Source: Rhodothermales bacterium (GTDB lineage Bacteria > Bacteroidota > Rhodothermia > Rhodothermales > VXPQ01). From it: DNA of 64,000 bases. The stretch lies in assembly GCA_040904565.1 (NCBI GenBank), contig JBBDTI010000013.1, positions 96,001 to 160,000 of the forward strand. Direction: 5' to 3'. A program made the position numbers and the translations under genes. Numbering within the stretch: position 1 is the stretch's first letter; every line of letters starts with the position of its first letter. The notes below the pieces were generated by a model. That model saw only the letters and a program-made list of their open reading frames with translations, was not told the origin of the DNA and did not search any database. Of the stretch, positions 19,629 through 29,424 are shown piece after piece.

Positions 19629-20759
19629 TCAGTACGGCGGTTCAACGTTCTCGTTAGCCAGCCGTTCTATGAGCTTCCGATTTGCTCTGGGGAACGCGAA
19701 GCCGTCGAGTTCGGCCGCCTGGACCCACCGGACGGGCATGCCGGTGGCGGAATGCGGCGTGCCGTCGAGGATTCGCGCGCGAAAGGCATGAAGCGTGATC
19801 TTGAAATGGCTGTAGGCGTGAGAAAGAGAATGAAACAGGTCGATGATGTCGATGCGAACTCCGAGCTCTTCCTCGAGTTCGCGGACGCAGGCCTCTTCAG
19901 CCGTTTCGTCTCTCTCCAGCTTTCCGCCCGGGAACTCCCAGAGTCCGCCAAGCATCCCGTCTTCCGGCCGTCGCTGGATAAGGAGTCTGTCCCCGTCGTA
20001 GACGAGCGCCACGGCGACATCGTAGTGGGGGATCTTCTTGGTGCCGGGCGTAACGGGATACTGCTCCTGGTCGCCGTGCGCCTCGGCCGCGCAGACCGCT
20101 CGAAGGGGGCAGCTCGGGCAGGAGGGCGCGCGTGGCGTGCAGACCGTTGCTCCGAGCTCCATCAGGGCCTGGTTGAACGCACCGGGCCGTTTATCGTCCA
20201 TCAGTCTTCCCGCGAGCGCCGTCAGGCGCCGGCGCGTGGCGGACCGTTTTACGTCTGCCTGCACCCTGAATACGCGCGTCAGGACGCGAGCGACATTCCC
20301 GTCCAGCACGGCGTGCGGTTTGCCGAACGCGATGGAAAGGACCGCCGCGGCCGTGTAGGGTCCGACGCCCGGCAGTGAACGGATCCGCTCCTCTTCGTCG
20401 GGCACGTTGCCGTCGAACTCGCGAACGACCGTACGCGCAGCCTTGTGGAGATTTCGCGCACGGGAATAATATCCGAGCCCCTCCCAGCAGAGCAGGACGT
20501 CGTCCAGCGGGGCATCGGCCAGGTCGTCCACCGTCGGGAATCGTTCCACGAACCGGCGGTAATAGGGCTCAGCCTGTTCGACGCGCGTCTGCTGCAGCAT
20601 GACCTCCGAGAGCCAGATCCGGTATGGATCGGAGGTCTTGCGCCAGGGCATCTCACGCCGAGCCGCGTCGTACCACCGCATCAGCTCGCTTCGGAACGCG
20701 AGCAGGTGGTCGTCGGTGACGTCGGGGGAGGGGGGCTGTTCGGACGTTCGGGCGGACAA
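19629..20759 (-). CDS. mutY: A/G-specific adenine glycosylase MutY with C-terminal Nudix domain
   Basis: WLSEVMLQQT, GLGYYSRARN, LPGVGPYTA, CTPRAPSCPSCPL Fe-S motif; probable TTG start at 20759. Confidence 0.93.
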   Translation of the reverse strand: MSARTSEQPPSPDVTDDHLLAFRSELMRWYDAARREMPWRKTSDPYRIWLSEVMLQQTRVEQAEPYYRRFVERFPTVDDLADAPLDDVLLCWEGLGYYSRARNLHKAARTVVREFDGNVPDEEERIRSLPGVGPYTAAAVLSIAFGKPHAVLDGNVARVLTRVFRVQADVKRSATRRRLTALAGRLMDDKRPGAFNQALMELGATVCTPRAPSCPSCPLRAVCAAEAHGDQEQYPVTPGTKKIPHYDVAVALVYDGDRLLIQRRPEDGMLGGLWEFPGGKLERDETAEEACVRELEEELGVRIDIIDLFHSLSHAYSHFKITLHAFRARILDGTPHSATGMPVRWVQAAELDGFAFPRANRKLIERLANENVEPPY

Positions 20760-21038
20760 GGTCAGTCGTTCGTGGTAACGGAAGCGAGGGTCTTGATTGA
20801 GGTCCCGATCGAGCGTACCAAGACATCGACAGACACGCACGTACAATCAAACACGTACGTGCAGTGGGGAGCGGTCGGCCGCATCAAGGAACGCGCTGCC
20901 GGGGCACTCGTTTTGTCTGGCAGGACGTAGTTGCCCCGTATCAGAGCAACGACTGCGAGTCCGGCTGCGGCGTAATAGGAGAGCCGATTCAGGGTGGATA
21001 CCATAAGGCCTACGAAGGCACATCGAGCGAGAGAACGC

Positions 21039-22805
21039 ATGGTACGGTGGCACGTCGCCGCGGTTCTGGCCGTGTCGCTCGGCCTGTTTGCGCCGCTGTC
21101 GGCCTACGCACAGTCGGACGCGGCCGGTCGGGTGGCCATACGCATCGAAGCGGATGCGGAGACGGGCGCAGAAGCGGATGCAGGACCGATCTGGGTGCGC
21201 CCGGACAGCGCTCGGAGACGGGTCGCACAGGTCATCGACTCGCTGCGCGGGGAGGGCTACTATTTCGCGCTCGAGAAACGGTCCACCGATGAACGCAGCC
21301 GCGACGAAGCGATCACTCACGTGGTTCGCAGAGGTCCGCTCGTTCGGCTCGGAGAGCTGGTGCTGAGCGGAGTCCCGGATGAGACGGTTCGCCTCCTGAG
21401 AAGCGAGCAGACACTTCAGGAAGGTGACCCGTTCGACCTACGGCGTATGGAGGCGGACGTGGGTCGGATGCTGGCCAGGCTGGAGCGCGAAGGGCGTCCA
21501 CTCGCCGAGGCCTGGATCGAATCCATCGACCGCATGGGCGAGTCCGTCGCCCTCGTCTCCGTAACGGTTCGGCTGCAAGCCGGACCGCGGGTATGGCTCA
21601 AGCGCATCGAGTCCGTCGGCGGTGAGCGGACGAGGTCGGGCCTGATCGCTCAGCTGGCCCAGGTTCGGCCGGGAGCGGAACTGGACTCCTTCGAGCCTGA
21701 GCGGATTCGTCGTCGACTCGAAGAATCGGGACTGTTCGCATCCGTCGGCACGCCGTTTTTATTGATCGACGCCGACACGACCGCCATCATCCGCGTCCCG
21801 GTCCAGGAGAGCGATCCCGGTTCGTTCGATCTCGTGCTCGGCTATCTACCTCCAGCCGGCACGGGTGGCCGGGGCAGCGTCGTTGGGAGCGGCCATCTGG
21901 CGCTGCGCAACGTCCTCGGCCGGGGCCGCGAACTCTCGCTCCGTCTGCACCGCCTGCCCGGAGAGGTAAGCAGGATAGACGTTGCCGCGACGGATCCGTA
22001 TGTGGCCGATCTACCGGTTGGAGTGGAATTCGCTTTCCATGGCCTGGAGCAGGATTCGACGTACGGCAAGCGGTCCATCCGCGGCGAAGCGTCCTATCAT
22101 CTTGCTGCCGGCCTCGATCTCGTGGGCGGGCTCAGCCGGGAGGTGGTGAGCCCGGGGCATGGCGGACTCCGGCTCGGAGAGGAAGGGCGGCAGATCGTCC
22201 CTCATTCCCAGGCATTGTTTGTCGGACTCGGCGTCCAGATTACCTTGCTGGACAGGCACGTCAACCCGACGTGCGGCGTGTTTCTAGTCATGAATCTGGA
22301 ATCCGGACGCAAGCGACGTACGGAAAGGCGTATCGCGGAGTCGGACACGCTGCAACGGGCCTCGACGACCGAGCAGCAGCGCCTGAACGTGTCCGGACGC
22401 TACTATATGCCTACGCTAGATGGACAGGTGCTCGTCGCGGGAGGCGACGTGGGGGTTCTTCTGAGCGGTGAATTCGATCGAAGCGATCTGTTTCGCTTTG
22501 GAGGGGCGACGTCGTTACGAGGCTACGACGAGGACCGGTTTCTCGGCGCGGTGGTCGGGCGAACGCTCCTGGAGTATCGGTTTCTTATCGATCGGATCTC
22601 CTATGCGTTCGCTTTTTTCGATCTCGGATACGTGGATCGTCCGCGGACCCCCGACGCGACGTCCAGCAGAGGGTGGCATCCGGGATACGGAATAGGCATT
22701 CAGTTTGAGACGGGCGTCGGGCTCGTCAACGTAAGTGCCGCACTCAACCCGGACAGCGGGCCGACCGGGGCTCGCATTCACGCAGGGCTGTCGTTCGGGC
22801 TGTAG
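21039..22805 (+). CDS. Omp85 (BamA/TamA) family outer-membrane protein with POTRA domains
   Basis: Signal peptide, POTRA-like repeats, FRFGGATSLRGY loop-6 motif and beta-strand C-terminus. Confidence 0.85.
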   Translation: MVRWHVAAVLAVSLGLFAPLSAYAQSDAAGRVAIRIEADAETGAEADAGPIWVRPDSARRRVAQVIDSLRGEGYYFALEKRSTDERSRDEAITHVVRRGPLVRLGELVLSGVPDETVRLLRSEQTLQEGDPFDLRRMEADVGRMLARLEREGRPLAEAWIESIDRMGESVALVSVTVRLQAGPRVWLKRIESVGGERTRSGLIAQLAQVRPGAELDSFEPERIRRRLEESGLFASVGTPFLLIDADTTAIIRVPVQESDPGSFDLVLGYLPPAGTGGRGSVVGSGHLALRNVLGRGRELSLRLHRLPGEVSRIDVAATDPYVADLPVGVEFAFHGLEQDSTYGKRSIRGEASYHLAAGLDLVGGLSREVVSPGHGGLRLGEEGRQIVPHSQALFVGLGVQITLLDRHVNPTCGVFLVMNLESGRKRRTERRIAESDTLQRASTTEQQRLNVSGRYYMPTLDGQVLVAGGDVGVLLSGEFDRSDLFRFGGATSLRGYDEDRFLGAVVGRTLLEYRFLIDRISYAFAFFDLGYVDRPRTPDATSSRGWHPGYGIGIQFETGVGLVNVSAALNPDSGPTGARIHAGLSFGL

Positions 22806-22875
22806 GACGGCGTTTTCGCGCAGGTACCGGCGATCGGATTTGGATAGCGCCAATCATCCACGAATCGGATACATC

Positions 22876-23613
22876 ATGACGTTACGCGGAACGACGACGC
22901 AATTCTACGTGCCTCGCGAGTACATCCATGGTGATCGTGTCGCGCTGCCGGAAGAAGAAGCGCGGCACGCCGTGCGCGCGCTTCGGTTATCCGTCGGGGA
23001 CGAGCTGGTGGCAGTGGATGGGGAAGGCGGTTGGTATCGCATCGTGCTCGATCATGCCGGGCGTGAAGGAGCGGGCGGACATATCGTCGAGCGGCTCAGC
23101 GATGTCGGTGAACCGTCCTGTCGTCTCACCATGGCGATGGGCATGATTAAGCATCGCGGACGCTTCGAGACCTTCCTGGAAAAGGCCGTCGAGCTCGGCG
23201 TCTCCGAGATCGTCCCATTGATAACCGACCGAACGGAGAAAGAGGGGCTGAAGGAGCGACGTGCCGAGAAGATTCTTGTTGCCGGTCTGAAGCAATGCGG
23301 CAGGAGCAGGCTTCCCGTCCTCCAGGAACCCATGAAGCTCGCTGCCTTCCTTCGTCGGTCCGTCGATCGGGGGTTCTGCTGTCACGAAGCAGCGGGTAGC
23401 GACGAGACGTTCGTTCGAGCGCTCCGCGACGTGGATCCGGGCTCGTCCGTCTCCGTGCTCGTCGGTCCGGAAGGAGGCTTTACCGATGATGAGATCGCGG
23501 CGGCGCGCCAGACGAGCTACGCGATCGTTTCGCTCGGGGCACGGCGGCTCCGCACCGAAACGGCCGCGATCGCAGCGGCGGCGGTCGTGTCGCTTATCTG
23601 TGAATCCGCGTGA
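22876..23613 (+). CDS. rsmE: 16S rRNA m3U1498 methyltransferase RsmE
   Basis: HAVRALRL, EKAVELGV, KQCGRS, VGPEGGF and LGARRLRTETA. Confidence 0.95.
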   Translation: MTLRGTTTQFYVPREYIHGDRVALPEEEARHAVRALRLSVGDELVAVDGEGGWYRIVLDHAGREGAGGHIVERLSDVGEPSCRLTMAMGMIKHRGRFETFLEKAVELGVSEIVPLITDRTEKEGLKERRAEKILVAGLKQCGRSRLPVLQEPMKLAAFLRRSVDRGFCCHEAAGSDETFVRALRDVDPGSSVSVLVGPEGGFTDDEIAAARQTSYAIVSLGARRLRTETAAIAAAAVVSLICESA

Positions 23614-23753
23614 AAAGGAAGGCGGAATGGCAACAGAGGGACCAACGTTCGAGAGCGGGCGTTCGGGCAGACTGACAGACGACCAGCCGAAGCACCGATG
23701 TGCACGCCGAGGCTGCGGCTAGAGTGAATGCAACCAGAGGAGACCGTTCGCGC

Positions 23754-24329
23754 ATGACCGATCTGACCGAGAGCCACCTCGATTCCGAGCAGCTCGTCGA
23801 CGGGAAACTGTTGAAGGTATATCGCGACCGCGTTCGCCTGCCCGATGGGAAGGAGTCCGTTCGCGAATGGATCGATCATCCCGGTGCCGCCGCGGTCGTT
23901 CCGCTATTCGACGACGGCTCCACACTGCTCATACGCCAGTACCGGTATCCGTCGCGGAGAACGTTTCTCGAGGTACCTGCCGGTAAGATCGACATCGCCG
24001 GTCAAGACCCGGAGGCGGTGGCGGGACGCGAACTCGAAGAAGAGACGGGCTGGAAGGCGAACTCGTTGACCAGGCTTGGAGTGCTGTATCCCTGCATAGG
24101 ATACAGCAACGAGATTATCCATTTCTATCTCGGAGAGAACCTTGAAAAGGGCGAGCAGCAATTGGGCGACGGTGAGTTCGTCGAACTCGTGCCGGTCGGA
24201 TTTGATGAGGCTTTGGAGCGTGTTGCCTCTGGAGAGATCGTCGACATGAAAACGGTCGCTGCGCTCTATCTTGCTCGCGATCTGTTGGAACGTCGCTGGG
24301 GCGAGGATCGCGGTGCGAAGGTGTCGTGA
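23754..24329 (+). CDS. Nudix hydrolase (ADP-ribose pyrophosphatase-like)
   Basis: REWIDHPGA, EVPAGKID...RELEEETG and DMKT. Confidence 0.9.
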   Translation: MTDLTESHLDSEQLVDGKLLKVYRDRVRLPDGKESVREWIDHPGAAAVVPLFDDGSTLLIRQYRYPSRRTFLEVPAGKIDIAGQDPEAVAGRELEEETGWKANSLTRLGVLYPCIGYSNEIIHFYLGENLEKGEQQLGDGEFVELVPVGFDEALERVASGEIVDMKTVAALYLARDLLERRWGEDRGAKVS

Positions 24330-24435
24330 AAAGAAGCGCTGGAACCGATTGTGATGGGTCTGTACCAACAGGGAGATTGATCTTAACGCGCTGCGCGGCG
24401 TACATTACTGTGATTGTGAATTAAGCGAGCGAGAT

Positions 24436-24816
24436 ATGTTTACGTTTCTGATCGTACTGATCGCCATCATCGGTCTGTTGATCACCCTGGTCGTGCTCGT
24501 CCAGAGTGGAAAGGGGGGTGGACTCGCCGGTATCGCCTCGGGTGGCGCCACGCAGCAGATTCTGGGTGCTCGGCAGGCTCCCGACGTGCTGGAGAAGGCG
24601 ACATGGACGCTGGGCATTGCCTTCGTCGTACTCTGCATTCTGACGAATTTCGCAATCACGGATGAGCAGGTACAGGAGAGCGTCATCCAGCAGCAGGCGC
24701 AGCAGGAGGAAACGTCACCGGCGCTGCCGCCAGGCGGTCAGCAGCAGCAACTTCCAGGCGGTCAGCAGCAGCAGCTTCCAGACGCTGGGACGCCTTCCGA
24801 CGACGGCAGTGAATAG
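24436..24816 (+). CDS. secG: preprotein translocase subunit SecG
   Basis: VLVQSGKGGGL and LEKATW; two TM helices plus a Q/P-rich tail. Confidence 0.95.
   Translation: MFTFLIVLIAIIGLLITLVVLVQSGKGGGLAGIASGGATQQILGARQAPDVLEKATWTLGIAFVVLCILTNFAITDEQVQESVIQQQAQQEETSPALPPGGQQQQLPGGQQQQLPDAGTPSDDGSE
24730..24780 (+). repeat. 24-bp in-frame tandem repeat in the secG tail (PGGQQQQL x2)
   Basis: CCAGGCGGTCAGCAGCAGCA(A/G)CTT twice. Confidence 0.85.
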
Positions 24817-25048
24817 GCGGGGGCTGCGGAGCGGGTAGTATTCGGCTACCGTCTGATCGCGAACCTAAGGGCGATTACGTCCGTCAATTCGAGATGAGGG
24901 CAGGTGCGCTTCGGCGGGCCTACCCGATTTGTTTGGCTCCGTTAGTAGTATGGTTCCGATAGCATGGCGTAGGGAAGGCGATGCAACGGCGTCAACGTCG
25001 GGGTCGGCGTACGGGAACTGAGAGGCGTGTCGTAGAAGGCCCACGGGC

Positions 25049-25088
25049 AAAAAAACCGCCCGCTGCACGACGGCAGTTCGGGCGGTTT
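25049..25088 (-). terminator. intrinsic terminator downstream of rnpB
   Basis: Minus strand AAACCGCCCG...CGGGCGG followed by T7. Confidence 0.8.
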
Positions 25089-25168
25089 GATGGGAGCCTC
25101 GTAAATTAGAGGCGTATCGTGCACGCATCTACCCGATGAGGACGGCGGTATCGTGCGTGCAAGCGGCT

Positions 25169-25585
25169 TGCCCTGCCTGTAAGCCGAATTCTGTCTGACC
25201 GCTCCGTCGCAAGGCGCCGGAACGGCGAGATCGTCATTTATCTGGGACCACCGTCACCGGTGGCCTCGAGCGACCTACCCGCGCCGCAATCTAGGCGGGC
25301 AACCTTATCGCTTCGCAAGAAGCGAGGCGGCGCTGTTTGGTCTTGCACCTCGTGGGGTTTGCCTAGCCGCCGCGGTCGCCCGCGACGCTGGTGGGCTCTT
25401 ACCCCACCCTTTCACCCATCACCTGTGCGGCCACTTCTCTCGGTGGCGCCATCGGCTGGTCTGCTCTCTGTTGCACGTGCCGTCGCCGCGCCGTACGGCG
25501 CCTTCCCGTTAGGAAGCACGATGCCCTTTGGTGTTCGGACTTTCCTCCCCGGTCTCGCGGACCGAGGCGACGATCCGGCAGGGTA
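25169..25585 (-). ncRNA. rnpB: RNase P RNA (type A)
   Basis: Minus strand contains GAGGAAAGTCCG near the 5' end and ACAGAATTCGGCTTA near the 3' end; P1 formed by CCCTGCC/GGCAGGG. Confidence 0.97.
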
Positions 25586-25697
25586 TTTCTTAAACAGTGT
25601 TCGGTGGATGGTTGACGGGTCTTCGTCGCACATGCTCGGCTGCGTGCATAGTGCGCCGATTATCGTGCGCCGAATAACGTCGGAATCCGTCAACCGA

Positions 25698-26456
25698 CTA
25701 CACGTCCATATTCTCGACGGTCTCCCCGTACAGATCGCTGTCAACGATGATGCGACCGGTGTGTTCGCAAGCAATAATACGATTGCGCTGGCGGATTTCC
25801 ACCTGACGCTGAGGGGGGACGGCAAAGCCGGCGGCGGCACCACGTTCGAGCGGAACCACGGCACGCCCGTCGCGCAGCCTATCACGGAGGCGCTCGTACG
25901 CGCGCAGATACCGGTTATCGACCTCTTCACCGGCTTCTGCTCGCTTATCTTCCAGTGCCGACTGCTCCTGCTTCGTATCGTCGAGTACCTCCTGGAGCTC
26001 CTTCTGCATGGTACCGAGCAACTCTTCGAGCTCCTTCAGGCGCTCCTCAGCCGCTTCAATAGCCAGCTGGTGGCTCTCCTCGTTGCCCTCGACGTCCTGG
26101 ATCTTTTTCTCGGCTTCCTCGATCCGCTGCTTCTGCGCCTCGATTTCCTTGGTAAGGGCATCGTATTCGCGGTTGTTGCGTACCTGGAGCTGCTGCTCCT
26201 CGTACTTCTTGATCAGCTGTTCCGCTTCCTTGATGTCCTTGTCGGCCTGAATCTTCGCGGCCTCGTTATCTTTCTCTTCCTGCTTGTACTTGTCGATACG
26301 TGTTTCGAGGCCTTCCTTTTCGTCCTCAAGGTCACGAATCTCCTCAGGAAGATCGCCGCGGAGCTTTTCGATCTGATCGATTCGGTTGTCGATGTGCTGG
26401 AGACGGATCAGGGCTCGCAACTGTTCGCCAATGCTTGTCTCCTGTACCGTAGGCAT
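25698..26456 (-). CDS. coiled-coil protein with degenerate C4 zinc ribbon (DUF164 family)
   Basis: LQHIDNRI, VRNNREYDALTKEIE and PPQRQVEIRQRNRIIACEHTGRII; typical position between nif3 and rnpB. Confidence 0.9.
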   Translation of the reverse strand: MPTVQETSIGEQLRALIRLQHIDNRIDQIEKLRGDLPEEIRDLEDEKEGLETRIDKYKQEEKDNEAAKIQADKDIKEAEQLIKKYEEQQLQVRNNREYDALTKEIEAQKQRIEEAEKKIQDVEGNEESHQLAIEAAEERLKELEELLGTMQKELQEVLDDTKQEQSALEDKRAEAGEEVDNRYLRAYERLRDRLRDGRAVVPLERGAAAGFAVPPQRQVEIRQRNRIIACEHTGRIIVDSDLYGETVENMDV

Positions 26457-26615
26457 ACGCTCTCTAAGGTTTTTGTTACTCGGCTCCCAAACGTCAGTAG
26501 ATGATAACGGCACGGCATACCGAAAGTTCGACCTGGTCCGCACGGTCTGCGCTCTCGACCGTGTATTTTAATCGAAGAAATTTGCCGGGTCTGAGGGCCT
26601 GCGTTCGATAGGTCG

Positions 26616-27473
26616 TCATTGCGGCTGCACGACGAAGGTACGTACCGGGCTCGTTCGCGTCCGCGTCCGACGCCACGCGGCATCCGGAAACCGCTCTTGA
26701 AGCTCGCCGGCCAGGAGGCTTTCGGTTACGGCCTCCGTCTCGTAATGGCCGGCGTCGATGAAAGCGAGTCTCGGAAGACCGTCCCGATCGAGCGCGCTGA
26801 AGTAGTCGTGATATGTTACGTCTGCCGTGACGTACGCATCAGCATTGGCTGCAGCGGCTTTTTCGATAAGATCGCTGCCCGCGCCGCCGCACACAGCGAC
26901 GTGTTCGACGGATGCGGCGGGGTCTCCCACGTATCTCAGGCTGGGTGTCTTGAGACAATCCGCGACGTGTCCGAGAAAGTCATGGAGCCTCATGGGCTCA
27001 TTTAGGCGCCCGATCGCGCCGAATCCGATCTCGTCGACGTTGGACGCGGTGAGGTCGGGTGCGTCGCCGTCGGGCGTAAAGACATCCAGGAAATTCATGT
27101 CCGTCAGCCCCAGCTGTCGTCCGAGGGCATACGAGACACCTCCCGACGCGGCGTCGAGGTTGGTATGGATGCTGTAGAGCCCGATGCCGTTTGCGGCCAA
27201 TCGATATGCCAGATTGGAGACGAACGTCGTGGTAGTGACGTGCGTGAGAGGGTGGAAGAGGAGGGGATGATGGGTGATTACGAGGGATGCCTCTATCGAG
27301 ATCGCCTCTTCAAGGACGGCGGGCGTCATATCGAGCGCGATCACGGCGCGTTCGACCCGTGCGTCCGGGTCGCCCACCTGCAGGCCGACGTTGTCGTAGG
27401 ACTGGGCGGTGGATCGGGGCGCCCACCGTTCGAGGAAGGTCGCAATCTCGCGAATGGCAGGGAAGTCGGGCAT
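26616..27473 (-). CDS. Nif3-like dinuclear metal centre hexameric protein
   Basis: YDNVGLQVG, THHPL, HTNLD, VCGGAG and DAGHYETE. Confidence 0.93.
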   Translation of the reverse strand: MPDFPAIREIATFLERWAPRSTAQSYDNVGLQVGDPDARVERAVIALDMTPAVLEEAISIEASLVITHHPLLFHPLTHVTTTTFVSNLAYRLAANGIGLYSIHTNLDAASGGVSYALGRQLGLTDMNFLDVFTPDGDAPDLTASNVDEIGFGAIGRLNEPMRLHDFLGHVADCLKTPSLRYVGDPAASVEHVAVCGGAGSDLIEKAAAANADAYVTADVTYHDYFSALDRDGLPRLAFIDAGHYETEAVTESLLAGELQERFPDAAWRRTRTRTSPVRTFVVQPQ

Positions 27474-27655
27474 GTGCGGAACCGTCGTCTATTTTTTGAA
27501 GAGAAGCCCGCCGCAAATTCCTGCGCCAGGGAGGCGGGGAAAGGGAAGGACGCGGCGGGGGCTCAAAAAACTATATCAAGCGGTCATGGTTCATAAAGAA
27601 CGACACCCGGCGGGTGTCGGGTGACGACGAAACGGAGTATATGTGACGTAAGAGG

Positions 27656-28105
27656 ATGCGTATTGCTGTAAGCACGGACGAGCGCACGAGCCTTGTCGAC
27701 GAGCTGCTTGCCGAGCTGGAGAAGCGAGGCCACGACGTCGCGTATTTCGGTCCTGACGATCCGGAGGCGTCGGTCGACTGGCCGGACGTCACGATGGAGG
27801 CGGTACGTACCGTCCGGGATGGACGCGCGGATGAAGCCGTCGTCATGTGCTGGACGGGTACCGGGTGCTCGATCGTAGCGAACAAGGTGCCGGGAATTCG
27901 CGCCGCACTGTGCGGAGATGCGGAAACGGCGAAGGGCGCCCGGATATGGAATCACGCGAACGTACTCGCGCTCAGCCTTCGGGCGACGTCGCCGCCGGTG
28001 CTTCGAGAAATCCTCGATCGCTGGTTCGACACGCCGCTGAGCAAAGACGAGTGGAACCTGCGTCAGATCGAGCGGGTCGGTGAGATCGAGGAAGAGGGGA
28101 GGTAA
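27656..28105 (+). CDS. RpiB/LacA/LacB sugar-phosphate isomerase
   Basis: CWTGTG, ANKVPGIRAALC and WNHANVL. Confidence 0.9.
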   Translation: MRIAVSTDERTSLVDELLAELEKRGHDVAYFGPDDPEASVDWPDVTMEAVRTVRDGRADEAVVMCWTGTGCSIVANKVPGIRAALCGDAETAKGARIWNHANVLALSLRATSPPVLREILDRWFDTPLSKDEWNLRQIERVGEIEEEGR

Positions 28106-28107
28106 GG

Positions 28108-29424
28108 TCAATCTACCGGCGGGCCTGTCAGCACGACCGCACGGTCTGCCCGCGAAGACCCGCGCTTCTCATCCACCCGAAAAAGGAGCAGGGCACCGGC
28201 GACGAAGAACAGGATGACGACGGACATGCCGGCGCGCTGGCTGTCGAAAAGGCCGGTCACGATGCCCAGGAGCACCGGGCCGAGAAACGCCGTTGCCTTC
28301 CCGGAGAACGCGAAAAAGCCGAAGAATTCATTCTCTTTGTCGAGTGGGATGAATCGGCCCATCAGCGATCGGCTGGCCGACTGATTCGGCCCCGCGGAGA
28401 GTCCGACGAGAATCGCCGCGGCCCAGAATACGCCGCGGCTAGACGCCATGACGGCCCCAAGCGCAGCGACGAGCAGACAGGCCAGGCTGATGAAGATCGT
28501 GGTGCGGCCGCCCAGGCGATCGTCGACGAAGCCGAACGCATAGGCTCCGAGTCCGGCCGCAACGTTCAACACGATGCCGAAGAGGAAGATGTCTTCCGTC
28601 GTGAAGCCGAAGGTCCCGACGGCATAGATGCCGCCGAACGCGAAGATGGTTACGAGTCCGTCGTTGTAGACGAGCCGGGCCAGCAGCAGCCAGAAGATGT
28701 CGCGATAGGACCGTATCTCCTTAAAGGTGCGGATAATTTCTCGCGTGGCCGACCGCACGACATTACCTACCTGGGGCTGCCGGGAGGGACGGCGTTCGCG
28801 CAGCGTCGCGAAAAGGGGAATGGAAAAGAGCCCGAACCATGCCGCGACGAGCAGATTCGTGGCCCGGACGTGCTCGCCGGAAGCCTTGGAGAGACCGAAC
28901 GGCGGCGTTTCAGGCGCAACGAAGAGATAGAAGCCGGCCAGCAAGCAGAAGAGTCCGCCCACGTAGCCGAGCGCCCATCCGTATCCGGATATGCGTCCTA
29001 TTCGATGTGGGGCCGCGATGTCGGGCAGGAAGGCATTGTAGAAGACATTGGCAAGCTCGAAGGCGACGTTGCCGATCACGAAAATGACGAGCGCGAACAT
29101 GACGTCCCCGGGCCCGGCAAAATAGAGCAGCGCCGTCGCCACGACGCAAATCATCGTCGTCAACAGCAGGAATCGTTTCCGATAGCCGCCGCGATCCGCC
29201 ATCGCGCCGAGATACGGTGACAGAAGCGCGACGAGGATCTGTGATAGCCCGATTCCGCGGGACCAGAGCTCCGTGCCCACGACGTCGTTCTCGGCGATCG
29301 CGTCGGTGAAGTAGGTTGCGAAGATGAAGGTGACGACGAGCGTCGTGAACGCCGAGTTGGCGAAGTCGTACGTTGCCCACGCGGCGATGGCACGGCGGCG
29401 GTCGGGTGCGTCAGGTTTGTTCAC
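28108..29424 (-). CDS. MFS transporter, UMF1/Atg22-like
   Basis: WATYDFANSAF, YNAFLPDI, ISGYGWALGYVGG and QSASRS. Confidence 0.92.
   Translation of the reverse strand: MNKPDAPDRRRAIAAWATYDFANSAFTTLVVTFIFATYFTDAIAENDVVGTELWSRGIGLSQILVALLSPYLGAMADRGGYRKRFLLLTTMICVVATALLYFAGPGDVMFALVIFVIGNVAFELANVFYNAFLPDIAAPHRIGRISGYGWALGYVGGLFCLLAGFYLFVAPETPPFGLSKASGEHVRATNLLVAAWFGLFSIPLFATLRERRPSRQPQVGNVVRSATREIIRTFKEIRSYRDIFWLLLARLVYNDGLVTIFAFGGIYAVGTFGFTTEDIFLFGIVLNVAAGLGAYAFGFVDDRLGGRTTIFISLACLLVAALGAVMASSRGVFWAAAILVGLSAGPNQSASRSLMGRFIPLDKENEFFGFFAFSGKATAFLGPVLLGIVTGLFDSQRAGMSVVILFFVAGALLLFRVDEKRGSSRADRAVVLTGPPVD

Noticed and set aside
24819-25048. tmRNA (GGGGCTG start) after secG
   Set aside because: No GGATTCGAC, no T-arm/CCA end, and the region is too short.
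25260-26504. 414-aa + strand ORF
   Set aside because: Antisense shadow of rnpB and the zinc-ribbon gene; no recognisable motifs.
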